The translations under genes were made by a program, and so were the position numbers. Positions 10,418 to 20,856 of a stretch of DNA of 64,000 nt are shown piece after piece; the stretch's first letter is position 1; each line of letters opens with the position of its first letter. The stretch is from a virus (Duplodnaviria; Caudoviricetes), in IMG/VR virus record IMGVR_UViG_3300031993_000041, positions 24,876 to 88,875 of that record, one strand, 5' to 3'. The notes beneath the pieces were generated by a model. That model worked only from the letters and a program-made list of their open reading frames with translations. It was not told where the DNA came from and did no database searches.

Positions 10418-12226
10418 TTATGGCGCGACGAACTTCTTCGTATCCTTAACTACTTCTTTTATAGCAGCTTCCGTTATCGCGTTACCTGTCGTGTCACGTC
10501 CACCGACCAAGACATCGTAAAGAGCGTTCGATATAGGATAGCGCTCGTCTTTGCCATTTGCGTTTGCTGTTTTCTTTTTCTGATTTGTTTCAATAGGTAT
10601 GTAGATTCTGCCACGTCCTGCATTGAATATCGACTGCATACCAGCAATATCCCTCGGCATACCGTGAGCAAGCGTTACCGTAAAGGTTATCTCTGTAGGG
10701 AAGTCATCTTTTCCCAACTCATCATTGAAAGACATAGATACATCCTTCAATATAAGATTGCCTATGACGGCAGTAGGATTCAAAGGATTTCCTATGACAA
10801 GATGCCAGCATCCTACAGGGTCACCCGACAACAAGGCTTTCGGTATATTGCCAACTGTCTGGTCGCTTCCGTCTCCAAGAATATTCGACATCAAGGCTTC
10901 AAAACTGCCTGCTATGAAATCTTTTGCAAGCGCGAGCCACTTCGCTACACCTTCTTTTCCGCCGACGCTGCTGCCTCCACCGCCTTTTTGTTTCGGCATG
11001 AGGTTATCAGATATATCCTTGAAGATACTTTTGACATACCCTCCGTAATCACCGGAAGCAAGCAGTTTCTTATCACCAAGTTCAGGAGCCGCTGGAGAAT
11101 TCGTATAATGAATCGCTCCTCCCCAGAATGTAGCGTAATTGCCTGTAAGAAGCATAAAGTTACTCATAAGGTCAAGGAACGCTGTTTTAGGGTTTACAAA
11201 CTGAAGGCTCCTTATGTCATACTTGAATGTCAGCTTGATGTCATGATTAAACGTAATACCAGGCATTCTCCACTGTACGCTGTCTATCCTGTTCTGAGGT
11301 CCTATCTGGTCACGATAGTTTTGATAGAACAAATCCTTTAATCTGTTCTTTGCGTTATATTTTTGTTCAGTCGCACCGACTCCAGTCATAGTATCTACTA
11401 CGCCTCTTGCGATGACATCTGCTGCTTTCGGGTATTTACCTGCAAGGTCACCGACTTTCGGTATATTACCGAACCATTTCGTAAACTGCTTGTCCATAGG
11501 TCCGTTAGGGTCCTGCATAGTCTGTATCTCTGATTTCCTTTCTTCCCAGTTCATACCGAACGTCATACTAAGAAGTTCTGACAACTTATTTGTATCATTG
11601 ATATATGTACATGCCGTCGCTATCGCCCTATGCCTTTTCGGATATTGATTCAGTTCATTTATCTTATCTGCATTTATTCCAAGTCCAAACATCATATCGG
11701 TCGTAGGCATTGTATATCTGCGAAGGGTTATAAGCCTGTTATTCGTTATCTTGCCGTAATCAGAACAGAAAATGAAGTCTTGCAGCCTGTAGCTTGCAAG
11801 TCCGTAAGGGTCAAGAGAGCTGCTTTTGCCGTTATAGGTATCTATGATATTTTCTACAGTAGGGTTGTTTCTTTTCTTTAAGAATTCCTTAAATTCATCA
11901 TTTGCTTTCATACATGCCAGGTAATCAGAGTAATTCGTATAGAAATCACTCATGATTTCTTCATCACTTTTATTTTCTTCCGTAAGAGGAGATGCTATGC
12001 TCTTTAAGGACCGGCAGTTTACTGTCATTTCATCCCTGAATATACTTTGAGGAGCCCTTACGTTTTTTCCGCCAACCGTCAGCTCTGCCGCAACAGACTT
12101 GTCAGTTCCTTCGGCGATTTTCGTAGTCATGAATTGCCTTTTACCGTTTGCTGCTGAAGCTAAATCTGTTGTGCTCGCGTTCAACGGTGAAATATTCATT
12201 AAACTGTCATAATAGAAACCTGCCAT
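10418..12226 (-). CDS. putative baseplate/tail-tube-associated structural protein
   Basis: 602-aa ORF; C-terminal WHLVIGNPLNP...NLILKDVSMSF...DDFPTEITFTVTL tube-like beta pattern; late-type promoter upstream. Confidence 0.5.
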   Translation of the reverse strand: MAGFYYDSLMNISPLNASTTDLASAANGKRQFMTTKIAEGTDKSVAAELTVGGKNVRAPQSIFRDEMTVNCRSLKSIASPLTEENKSDEEIMSDFYTNYSDYLACMKANDEFKEFLKKRNNPTVENIIDTYNGKSSSLDPYGLASYRLQDFIFCSDYGKITNNRLITLRRYTMPTTDMMFGLGINADKINELNQYPKRHRAIATACTYINDTNKLSELLSMTFGMNWEERKSEIQTMQDPNGPMDKQFTKWFGNIPKVGDLAGKYPKAADVIARGVVDTMTGVGATEQKYNAKNRLKDLFYQNYRDQIGPQNRIDSVQWRMPGITFNHDIKLTFKYDIRSLQFVNPKTAFLDLMSNFMLLTGNYATFWGGAIHYTNSPAAPELGDKKLLASGDYGGYVKSIFKDISDNLMPKQKGGGGSSVGGKEGVAKWLALAKDFIAGSFEALMSNILGDGSDQTVGNIPKALLSGDPVGCWHLVIGNPLNPTAVIGNLILKDVSMSFNDELGKDDFPTEITFTVTLAHGMPRDIAGMQSIFNAGRGRIYIPIETNQKKKTANANGKDERYPISNALYDVLVGGRDTTGNAITEAAIKEVVKDTKKFVAP

Positions 12227-12229
12227 TAT

Positions 12230-12260
12230 TATAAATATATTTAGAATCCAATATATTTAT
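12230..12260. promoter_or_regulatory. divergent T4 late-type promoters (TATAAATA / ATAAATA)
   Basis: TATAAATA on + at 12230-12237 and ATAAATA on - at 12254-12260, each ~28 nt before a start codon. Confidence 0.6.
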
Positions 12261-12265
12261 GTAAA

Positions 12266-14602
12266 ATGCTTATAGTCTTTCTTTCGTGTCTTTCAGAAGA
12301 CACCTATCAGAATATCAAAGAATTTAGGACAACGGCGGAACAGCTTGGTGCTGATTTCCTCCATATCAATTTATATAAGGATAAAGTCGAGGCAAAGGGA
12401 GATGACTTTATAGTCAACGGCAAAAAATATGATTTGTCCGAGGCGGTCGTACTTAAAAGAAAATGGGCAATGTCGAAATACGGCCTCGAAGAACCGAAGA
12501 AGAAACTTGCAAGCTTCAAGAAAATCTTCACGAAATACAAAGTTCCTATCATAAACACGGCGAAAGCAATCGAACTGTGCCGCTCAAAATGGATGACATA
12601 CAATGTACTTCTTGAAAATGGCGTGCAAACTATTCCTACAATAAAAGTAAATGCTGAAAATCTTGGTAGCATTCTTGAACGGACTATATTCCCATGTGTC
12701 GTTAAACCTGATGAAGGTACAAAGGGTAAGGATGTAATCTGCTTTAATTCTATGTTTGAGGCAATGTCTAAAATGCAGTCGTTGTTTCAGAAATACAAAT
12801 TCATGCTCCTTCAGCCGAAAATCGACATAGAAAGCGATATACGAATGCACGTAGTCTGTACAAAGGCGAAAAGAACATCAGACCCTGAAGATTATGAGGT
12901 AATAGGAGCGATGAAGAGAACTGCTCCAGACAACGACTTCAGAACGAATTTCAGTATTGGTGGTTCGATACAGTTATATGTGCCGACACCTGAAGAATCT
13001 CTTACGGCAATACAGGCTGCAATCGCGACAGGCTGCAGGTGGTGCGGCGTAGACTTGCTTTATGACAAGTCAGACAACAAAGTCAAAGTGATAGAGGTAA
13101 ACTCTTCACCTGGAATAACCGGCATAAACTCATTATATGCACCTGGGGAAAAGAACATCACATACAGGTTGCTCTCTGTGCTTTCTGGCTATTTCAGCAA
13201 AGACTATGAAATATCTGAAGGAAAGAAAACGATAGTATCGTTCCATGAGCATATAAAGCTTGACGGCATAGATATGATTGGTTGCTTTGATACAGGTAAA
13301 GAAGGAAATACTGCATCCCTTACCGTCGAGGACCTTAAAGACAACGGCGACACCGTTACTTTCAAGCTTCTCGGAAAAGAGATTACAAAAAAGAAAGACG
13401 GAACTGTCACTATCGGATATAAAGGTGCCCAGACAAAAATTAAGAGGATATGCGTCTGGATGAAAATCAGCATTAACGGCAAAGAAAAGAAAATACCTGT
13501 TACATTAAAGGAATTTAATTCGAAGACTGACAGAGAAAGTGTTAAGAAGCAACTGACGATAGGAACCGACATCATCCATGATTTTGGTTTCATCGTATCA
13601 CCAGACAGGAAAAAGACGTTCCTTCTCGGCGAATCTAAAGAGACTGACTGGAAACAAAGGGTATGCTTTCTTAGAAGCGAATGGCCTGACAACTTGAAGG
13701 ATATTACGATTTCAAGGCTTGTCCGCGACTTGTTCTATTTCCCGAATATAAAAGATGAATATGATAAAGGACTTACGAAAGACATGCCTTTAATCAATTA
13801 CATCAATGACGGTTCGAAAAATATAGAGTTCTATAAAAAGAAATACTCACAAATGAAGAACTTAAAAAATAATTTTGATGTTCTGTCTATATGTAATGAC
13901 AAGCTTGAATTCTATAAAAGCTTTATGTCATGCGGATTCATACCTGCAACATACGATGAAGAAACCATCAGAAAAGTTCCTTATGACCAGAAAATAATAA
14001 AGAAACCAGCAAGGGACACGCACTCCGGCATAGGCATAACTCTTACCGATAAGGGTGACATCATACGCAACGGCATGAACCCAGAATACATCTACTCGCA
14101 ATATATAGATGTGAAAGACGAATACAGGATACTGCTGTATAATAATGAAATTATGCTCTGCTACAGAAGAAGGCCTATGAATAAAGTCTCAAACAAGCTG
14201 CCTGAAGAACGCGTACGTTTCGTATACGAGCCAATCGAGCCTGATGCAGAATTTCTGAAAAAGATACATGAGATTTCTGATGTCATCTACAATAAGATAG
14301 ACTGCAACGGTTTGATAGGTCTTGACATTATGGTCGACGGCGACGGTAAAATGTGGTGCCCTGAAATAAACTCCAGAAGCGGTCTGTGCGCCATAGATTT
14401 CATCATACTGTATTTCTTTGTCTTGAAGCACGAGCTTGGTATCAACATATCAGATGATATGATGAGGTACTGCTATGACAACTACCTTCAAGATTTTACA
14501 AAAAACTACAGACAGAGGCTTCTTAAATATTTCGAGCCATCTGAAAATAATATCGACTTTACCGATTACGACAAATTCAAAAACTACTGCAACAAGCTGT
14601 AA
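12266..14602 (+). CDS. RimK-like ATP-grasp ligase fused to a retropepsin-like aspartic protease and a second ATP-grasp domain
   Basis: VVKPDEGTKGKDV, GVDLL...IEVNSSPG (ATP-grasp 1); CFDTG (protease); KKPARDTHSGIGI, GLDIM...EINSRSG (ATP-grasp 2). Confidence 0.85.
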   Translation: MLIVFLSCLSEDTYQNIKEFRTTAEQLGADFLHINLYKDKVEAKGDDFIVNGKKYDLSEAVVLKRKWAMSKYGLEEPKKKLASFKKIFTKYKVPIINTAKAIELCRSKWMTYNVLLENGVQTIPTIKVNAENLGSILERTIFPCVVKPDEGTKGKDVICFNSMFEAMSKMQSLFQKYKFMLLQPKIDIESDIRMHVVCTKAKRTSDPEDYEVIGAMKRTAPDNDFRTNFSIGGSIQLYVPTPEESLTAIQAAIATGCRWCGVDLLYDKSDNKVKVIEVNSSPGITGINSLYAPGEKNITYRLLSVLSGYFSKDYEISEGKKTIVSFHEHIKLDGIDMIGCFDTGKEGNTASLTVEDLKDNGDTVTFKLLGKEITKKKDGTVTIGYKGAQTKIKRICVWMKISINGKEKKIPVTLKEFNSKTDRESVKKQLTIGTDIIHDFGFIVSPDRKKTFLLGESKETDWKQRVCFLRSEWPDNLKDITISRLVRDLFYFPNIKDEYDKGLTKDMPLINYINDGSKNIEFYKKKYSQMKNLKNNFDVLSICNDKLEFYKSFMSCGFIPATYDEETIRKVPYDQKIIKKPARDTHSGIGITLTDKGDIIRNGMNPEYIYSQYIDVKDEYRILLYNNEIMLCYRRRPMNKVSNKLPEERVRFVYEPIEPDAEFLKKIHEISDVIYNKIDCNGLIGLDIMVDGDGKMWCPEINSRSGLCAIDFIILYFFVLKHELGINISDDMMRYCYDNYLQDFTKNYRQRLLKYFEPSENNIDFTDYDKFKNYCNKL

Positions 14603-14629
14603 AACATAAATAAAGTAAATAAGAAGGTA

Positions 14630-15694
14630 ATGGAAATAAGGGATTTGATATTATATAAGAAAAAAGACGAATTCATAAAAGACTTCAAAAACGCTCGATT
14701 CATACTGCGCAGGAAATATACGTATCCTGTCCTGCAGTTTATGAAGAAAGACGGCGAATCTTCTTTTTACCTTTCGTCGTCTATATGCAGTCCTGTCGAA
14801 ATGACTTATGTCGAAAAGACTATGACTTCGATATTCAATCCATATATATCATACCTTGAAACAGCAGCTGAACGCGAAGGAGCGAACATACCTGACGGAT
14901 GGAGGTTCATTTTCATGTGCTCAGATAATTCGTCAATGCTGCTTAAACAAGTTGTCACAGGAAAGACTGTAATACAAGATAACGACAGCCTCAAATTCTG
15001 GGCAGGCGTTTTTGGCACGGATTATAACGGCTCAGTCTTCGACTCAAAAGATTCAGCAGAAAGCGGCGACATCAACAAAATTATAGCAGACATATTATAC
15101 GACAGCGACACTTCTAAAAAGAGCAAGCTGCTCGAGGCGCTCGGCCTGCAGCCTGACGAAAACGACTATTACCTTGTGATAAAAGATAAAAACGAAATAT
15201 CGGTAGTCATATCGGACGGAGCAAGCAATATCACTAAAAAACTTGTCAGTGATATGAATTCCGATACGATATATGTCATCTTCAAAGACTTTATAAAATT
15301 CTGCGAATCTGAAGACATTAAGACATATCTCGAGGATGTCGAAGACAAGAACCCTGTAAGTGTCACTATCGACCTCATCGCCGACATGTTCGCGAAATTC
15401 TGTAAAGGCAGATATTGGACAGGCATACTTGAAGCAAACACGCTTTCAAAATTTGATATAAACCTTGTAAACATACATAACAAGGAAACTGCAGAATTCC
15501 TTAATGAACATAAACCGTTAAGGACATTATTGAAATATATCCTTAAAGTCCTATGCACGTCTTATTACATCATAAAACCGAACGGTATTTACAGTGAGGA
15601 TTTCGTGGCAGAGGTCAGCAGCTTTAAGGAAAAGCTCGGCAATATGGTCAAAGACCATATTTTGAACCAAGAACGTCTTACGGTTAAAATTTAA
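14630..15694 (+). CDS. hypothetical protein
   Basis: 354-aa ORF with ATAAATA at 14606-14612 upstream. Confidence 0.75.
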   Translation: MEIRDLILYKKKDEFIKDFKNARFILRRKYTYPVLQFMKKDGESSFYLSSSICSPVEMTYVEKTMTSIFNPYISYLETAAEREGANIPDGWRFIFMCSDNSSMLLKQVVTGKTVIQDNDSLKFWAGVFGTDYNGSVFDSKDSAESGDINKIIADILYDSDTSKKSKLLEALGLQPDENDYYLVIKDKNEISVVISDGASNITKKLVSDMNSDTIYVIFKDFIKFCESEDIKTYLEDVEDKNPVSVTIDLIADMFAKFCKGRYWTGILEANTLSKFDINLVNIHNKETAEFLNEHKPLRTLLKYILKVLCTSYYIIKPNGIYSEDFVAEVSSFKEKLGNMVKDHILNQERLTVKI

Positions 15695-15699
15695 ACGCT

Positions 15700-16404
15700 A
15701 TGCTTACGATTAACAATAAACAGGAAAATAAGACACTTCACGGACAAGGGACTTATTCGCTTACATTGTCATTATTCGACCAGTACAAAATGTTTACTGT
15801 ACATGGCAATAACGGTAATACTCTGAAGCTTGGCAGCACAGGTACGATGTTCCTTCATTTCATAGACGATAAAGACGATATAGCCATAGAAGAATGTAAA
15901 GACGTTTCCGGATACGACAAATCGGCAGGGGAAGTTGTTTTCTTTATCTCTGCGGATAACGCGAAGAAAATCAGGAAAATGAATACCCAATCCTATCACA
16001 TAACCAGCAGATATGTTGACAACAATGCAAAATCTGCTGAAACAGAACTCTTTACTGGCAAGTTCAAGTCATCAGACTCGAATGAAAGCGATACGGCTTC
16101 GTATATCAATATGCTTAATGACGAGATAAAAGAGAAAAACGCTTTAATATCTGCAGACAACGAGGAGCTTGAAAAGTTGAGACAGCAGGTCTCAGAACTT
16201 ACTGAAGAAAATGAGAAGCTCAAGGCCAATGTGCTTTCGATGTCGACCGAACTGTCGTCATATAAAGAAAACTCTGACAGCGTCATTAAAAGCATAGAGC
16301 TTTCCGACTATATCCACGCTCTTGCGGTTAAAGGTAAAAACCAGAAGCTTAATGAAACACAGATGTCCAATATAGCGAACTCAATGTTTGCAAAAAACAT
16401 ATAA
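15700..16404 (+). CDS. hypothetical protein with C-terminal coiled coil
   Basis: 234-aa ORF, heptad-like LEKLRQQVSELTEENEKL. Confidence 0.75.
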   Translation: MLTINNKQENKTLHGQGTYSLTLSLFDQYKMFTVHGNNGNTLKLGSTGTMFLHFIDDKDDIAIEECKDVSGYDKSAGEVVFFISADNAKKIRKMNTQSYHITSRYVDNNAKSAETELFTGKFKSSDSNESDTASYINMLNDEIKEKNALISADNEELEKLRQQVSELTEENEKLKANVLSMSTELSSYKENSDSVIKSIELSDYIHALAVKGKNQKLNETQMSNIANSMFAKNI

Positions 16405-16407
16405 GCT

Positions 16408-16884
16408 ATGGAATTCAAGGCAGTGAACTCAGAAGCAGAGATAAAGAAAATAGTTGAAGACTCAAAGCCTGACAAAGGAAAAGACACCGGTTTCTGGATG
16501 TTCGATGAAGATTTCAAGAAAGACCCAAATTCATACCTTAGCATAAACAAAAAGCCTTGGTACATTCTTTATGATAAAGTTATCGAGAACGACGAAATAG
16601 TCGGTATTGTCGCATACAGTCTTAAAAGGGAGAAAGACGCTCTCTTCATCCTTACGTTCCAAAAAGACAAAACGAAGAAATGCGATAATTTCGTGAGTAA
16701 GATAATGCCTCATTACAAAGAGCTCGCGAAGAAAAATAACAAGTCAAACATAGAACTTGTGGCATATAACAACGAGCTGAAGCAATACTACATAGACAAA
16801 CATGGTTTCAGGGAAATCTTGAAAACACCGGTAGACGAAAGTCTTATGACTTATTCTCAATTTAAGGACGTTTTTAGAAATTAG
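16408..16884 (+). CDS. putative GNAT-fold acetyltransferase
   Basis: IVGIVAY strand and IELVAYNNELKQYYIDKHGF motif-B-like C-terminus. Confidence 0.55.
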   Translation: MEFKAVNSEAEIKKIVEDSKPDKGKDTGFWMFDEDFKKDPNSYLSINKKPWYILYDKVIENDEIVGIVAYSLKREKDALFILTFQKDKTKKCDNFVSKIMPHYKELAKKNNKSNIELVAYNNELKQYYIDKHGFREILKTPVDESLMTYSQFKDVFRN

Positions 16885-16935
16885 AAGGCATTTTACCTTA
16901 AATCAGGAAAAAATGCCCCAGAATCAATAAAAACT

Positions 16936-17541
16936 CTATTTAAGCTTGGCTGGGTCGATATACTTGAAGCCATAATCTCTTTTCCTCATAGGTTCAAGCT
17001 GTTTGTCAAGAAATTCTATGGATTTCAGCATAATGTTTTTCTGATGTTCGCTGAAGAACCATCTTGAATCAACACATTTGTTATACCAGTCAATTATCTT
17101 CGTTCCTTTCTCTTCTGCCGTACTTGCCCAGTCAGCCATCATTTCATAAATGTACCTGTCAGGCATTTTCTCGCAATGTACTCCTACTGTATTATGGTCG
17201 TCAGTACTTTTTCCCCAATATTCGCAGTGATGTCTGTTTGTCTTTACATGTTTTCTTACGACAGCGTTTATCTCGTCAATATCTTCGTCTGACAGCTTAT
17301 CGCCGTCGGCAAGCCTAAGGCATTGCTTTACAAGATTCTCTGGTTCAAGCTTGTCTAAATCGTGTTCTAAGACTTCTTTGTAATTGATGTCTTGCTCTGG
17401 AATAATGCCTGATTTGGCAAGCTGTGCGTAAAAATATATGACTCTCTCGATGTGGTCGTTGATTCTTTTAAGCATAATACCACTCTTAAGCTTGTCTTCA
17501 TAAGATTCAATGATTTGCTTATTTGTATTTGTCGTTCCCAT
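16936..17541 (-). CDS. DUF5662-like HD-fold protein
   Basis: HDLDK, HVKTNRHHCEYW, MPDRYIYEMMADW. Confidence 0.7.
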   Translation of the reverse strand: MGTTNTNKQIIESYEDKLKSGIMLKRINDHIERVIYFYAQLAKSGIIPEQDINYKEVLEHDLDKLEPENLVKQCLRLADGDKLSDEDIDEINAVVRKHVKTNRHHCEYWGKSTDDHNTVGVHCEKMPDRYIYEMMADWASTAEEKGTKIIDWYNKCVDSRWFFSEHQKNIMLKSIEFLDKQLEPMRKRDYGFKYIDPAKLK

Positions 17542-17544
17542 AGT

Positions 17545-18162
17545 TTATGCAAAAAGACTGTTACACAAAGTCTGTTCGGAATCTTCAGGTATCATATTCG
17601 TATGTGATTTCATATACGTGCGGCATAATGTCTTTATCGATGACGGGAGGTAATCTGTCATAAAGATTTTGATGTCAAACGAAAAGTAGCTGTAGATGAA
17701 CGAGAGCGAGATTACGGGATTTATGTTGTGTGCTTTTTCGACAAGGTAGAAGAACATTTCTCTGAGGACTCCGTAAGTGACGGTAGCTGTGGAATCCGTC
17801 ATATACGCATTGTATTGCTTTGACGATGTAAGGATATTTTGGAGGTCTTTGTATACGTGCATGCCGTTTAGCCGGTCGAAGTCAGTGTCTTCTGTAATGA
17901 TAGGCGCAATCTTCGCTGTCATATTCAGCTCTTTCTCATAAGTGCCGCCGGTAAACTTCCTTGTCCTTGACGTCTTGACCTTCTCATCTTTCGTCTTTTC
18001 ATCGCTCTTCTTGCTTGCAAGCATGACATTCTCATAAATTTCGTCACGGATTTTATCGTCGATTTCCGATACGTCCTGCCCGTTTTGTATACAGTCATCT
18101 ATAATCTGCAGGTATCTGTCCTGCGATATATAGTCAAATATGTTGATGTCTTCTTTTGTCAT
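17545..18162 (-). CDS. hypothetical protein
   Basis: 205-aa ORF in operon. Confidence 0.7.
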   Translation of the reverse strand: MTKEDINIFDYISQDRYLQIIDDCIQNGQDVSEIDDKIRDEIYENVMLASKKSDEKTKDEKVKTSRTRKFTGGTYEKELNMTAKIAPIITEDTDFDRLNGMHVYKDLQNILTSSKQYNAYMTDSTATVTYGVLREMFFYLVEKAHNINPVISLSFIYSYFSFDIKIFMTDYLPSSIKTLCRTYMKSHTNMIPEDSEQTLCNSLFA

Positions 18163-18164
18163 AA

Positions 18165-18989
18165 TTAAAACCTCCCGTATGTTAAGTTTCCGGAGTACGG
18201 AGAAAAAGTATATTCACAAAAATAAATATGATTTCCGTCATAAAGAAAATCTATCCTTGCAAATTTAAGATAATTGCCTTGATATTTGGATAATATGTCA
18301 GCATATTTTTTCATTTCGGCAACAATCTTCTCATCGCCAAGCGACATCTTTTTCATAATAGGCATTGAACCTATATAGTATTCAGTCTTCTTGTTGTCCC
18401 AAGTACCGTGGTATATATGGAGGACATGGTTTCTGTCAGCCTTCATTTGCAGGTCTACTGCCAGACATTTTCCGTCTTCGTAGAAAAACTGGTAGTCTAT
18501 CATATTCCTGCCTATGACCTTCTGTATAATCCAACCTCTGTCTATTTTGTCATATTGCCATTCCCACCCGGATATGCAGGCATAGTTAAGCGTAAGGCAT
18601 TCATTTACGTTTTCTATGATTTTTCGCAGCTTGTCTTCATTGTCATCAGGCCTGAAAATCCAATTCCAACCAGAGGCATGTCCGCATTTTATGATGTATT
18701 CGCCAATAGGAAGATTCCTCAAATCCTCCATAAGCAAAGGACGCCTGCCCATAGATACAGTAGGTATAAGCAGGTTCATCAGTCCTGCCTGCTTCAATAT
18801 CGTCGGAGCATTCAGCTTGTCGCTCAGGAACGGTTTGTATTCAGACATATCGTCAAGCTTGTACGCTATCACCCTTTCAGGGAATTTGTTTTTGTCGAGC
18901 TTGTAGTAGTCTATGCCGTTCCTCATTAGCCATTCGACTCCGTATTTGAATTTATCTTTTGCCGTAAGGCATTCGTCATAAGATGTCAT
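18165..18989 (-). CDS. ATP-grasp amidoligase, TupA-like
   Basis: YIIKCGHASGWN, DYQFF, FARIDFLY...IYFCEYTFSPYSG. Confidence 0.8.
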   Translation of the reverse strand: MTSYDECLTAKDKFKYGVEWLMRNGIDYYKLDKNKFPERVIAYKLDDMSEYKPFLSDKLNAPTILKQAGLMNLLIPTVSMGRRPLLMEDLRNLPIGEYIIKCGHASGWNWIFRPDDNEDKLRKIIENVNECLTLNYACISGWEWQYDKIDRGWIIQKVIGRNMIDYQFFYEDGKCLAVDLQMKADRNHVLHIYHGTWDNKKTEYYIGSMPIMKKMSLGDEKIVAEMKKYADILSKYQGNYLKFARIDFLYDGNHIYFCEYTFSPYSGNLTYGRF

Positions 18990-19369
18990 TTCTTTTTATT
19001 TTTAATTTGAGCTTCTTCGAAGCTGCCAACACATTCATTATATTTTTCAGGTGCTATGACTTTAAGGAATTCTATATCCCTGTAGCCGGTCTCGAACACG
19101 TTTATAAGGTCTTTCCTTTCTCCCCAGTTAACAGTGTCGCCTGTAAACTTAAGATACTCAGGCATTTTCGTACCAGACATCAGAAGTATCGCGAATACGT
19201 CAGCAGCGGCTTTCGCAGGCGTATTGAATTTATTAAGTTCATTCGCGATGTCAGGATAATTGCAGGCGGCATATCTGCGGACATACTGCATCCCTGCAAT
19301 CTTGTCTTGCTCTGAAAGCCCTATGCCCTTGCCCCTGTAAAATGTCTGTAAAATCTCATATATCGTCAT
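18986..19369 (-). CDS. hypothetical protein
   Basis: 127-aa ORF with 4-nt overlap to the next gene. Confidence 0.7.
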   Translation of the reverse strand: MTIYEILQTFYRGKGIGLSEQDKIAGMQYVRRYAACNYPDIANELNKFNTPAKAAADVFAILLMSGTKMPEYLKFTGDTVNWGERKDLINVFETGYRDIEFLKVIAPEKYNECVGSFEEAQIKNKKK

Positions 19370-19381
19370 AATTCAAAATGT

Positions 19382-19843
19382 TTAGAAACCTTCTTTCCAT
19401 TTAATAGCGTCATACCTGTTTTTCACGGCATAGGCGAAACTGTCTATCGTCTTGACACAGTCACCAAGGAACGCAATATATCTTTCGTACAGGTCAACAA
19501 GCTCTTTCTCGTCTTTGAGCCTGTTGTCAAGCTGTTTGTTCCTTTCTGTCGGAGAAAGCTTTATATCCGCGGAAAAAATGAGCTTCTTATATTCTTTCTC
19601 ATATTTTTCATCGAGCTCCGACCCTGCCTTGAACAAAAGTCCCTTAATAGTGAATACCTCTGATACGATTCTTTCACGGTATGAAAGCGCTGTTGCCTCC
19701 GCTATGTTCAGCTGGTCAAGCCTGTCTGATTTCAGTTTGTCTATGACATTGCCGCTTATCTGGTCAAGCCAGTCATTCTTGCGCTTCTCTATTTTCTCAA
19801 TAAGCAAGGCATTCTTTGATTTCTGTTCATCAGCCATAATCAA
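19382..19843 (-). CDS. helical protein, possibly UvsY-like recombination mediator
   Basis: C-terminal FLGDCVKTIDSFAYAVKNRYDAIKW resembles UvsY C-termini. Confidence 0.4.
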   Translation of the reverse strand: MIMADEQKSKNALLIEKIEKRKNDWLDQISGNVIDKLKSDRLDQLNIAEATALSYRERIVSEVFTIKGLLFKAGSELDEKYEKEYKKLIFSADIKLSPTERNKQLDNRLKDEKELVDLYERYIAFLGDCVKTIDSFAYAVKNRYDAIKWKEGF

Positions 19844-20787
19844 CTAATCATTAAATAATCCATAACAATTTTTAGATTCTCCTCCATGAACAGCATCAGC
19901 TGCTCGCGAGTATGGAAAGCAAGCAAATGGTATTCGTTATTTTCGCAGTATATGCCATATACTTTGTTCTTTGTCTTGTATATGACAAACTTGTCTATAT
20001 TTGAATCTTTCCATTCATCATCCGTTACGACGCCCCCGAAACGTTTGTCATTCGCCATAATCTGCGTAATCAGTGCGAACGCCCTCGACGACTTGGCATA
20101 TTTCTTTTCTGAAAAAACATAATGTTTCTTGTCCACGGATTCGGCTTTCCTGTAGTCTCCGTCGCAGGTTATCCAGTATCCAGAGACTGTCTTGCTGTCA
20201 TCTTTCATAAACGGCAATTTGTCAAGGCTTATAAGCTTGCCTTCTTTCTTATCCCATTTGAACCCGCTTTTTTCGATGTCCTTGTTCAGAAGTTCTATTT
20301 CCTGATATGTCGCAGGGCGGCAGTTGTTATAGATGACGCTTGCCTGGGTTTCATGCTCTCCGTTATCATACAGCACATACAAGCAATTAAGGACCGTAAA
20401 CTTATAGCTGTCATTCGCATTTTCAAAGATAAGCAGGTCTCCGTCATTACGAAGAACGTCTCCATACTTTGCATCTTTCACGACATCCCATAACCTGAAT
20501 TCCTGTATTTCATCCTTCGTGAAGCAAAACTTGTTGTCATTAAAGTCGACTATAATATAGCTGTCGTACTCAGTGATAGCCTTAACGATTCCGGTCCGGT
20601 CGCTGAACCATTTATTTTTAGACGTTGACCTCACATAGTCGCCTATTTTAAAAAGCGGTTCGCTGATTTCAGGTATTTCTTCTTCAGGTTTCCCTGCCGT
20701 TGTATCTGAATCAGAAGACTTATACCTATTGACAGGTGTGATTATATACTCTTCTCCGTCAATAGTTATCTTTTTTAATTCTCCCAT
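19840..20787 (-). CDS. hypothetical protein sharing a C-terminal domain with 21513..22079
   Basis: QIMANDKRFGGVVTDDEW...LAFHTREQ vs QIIANDKRFGGFVTDVEW...LAFHTKEQ. Confidence 0.8.
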   Translation of the reverse strand: MGELKKITIDGEEYIITPVNRYKSSDSDTTAGKPEEEIPEISEPLFKIGDYVRSTSKNKWFSDRTGIVKAITEYDSYIIVDFNDNKFCFTKDEIQEFRLWDVVKDAKYGDVLRNDGDLLIFENANDSYKFTVLNCLYVLYDNGEHETQASVIYNNCRPATYQEIELLNKDIEKSGFKWDKKEGKLISLDKLPFMKDDSKTVSGYWITCDGDYRKAESVDKKHYVFSEKKYAKSSRAFALITQIMANDKRFGGVVTDDEWKDSNIDKFVIYKTKNKVYGIYCENNEYHLLAFHTREQLMLFMEENLKIVMDYLMIS

Positions 20788-20856
20788 TGTAAATTTGATT
20801 TTTATATATAAAAAACAACGGGACTAAGTCAAATTTCGGCCACGTCGCAAAAATCT

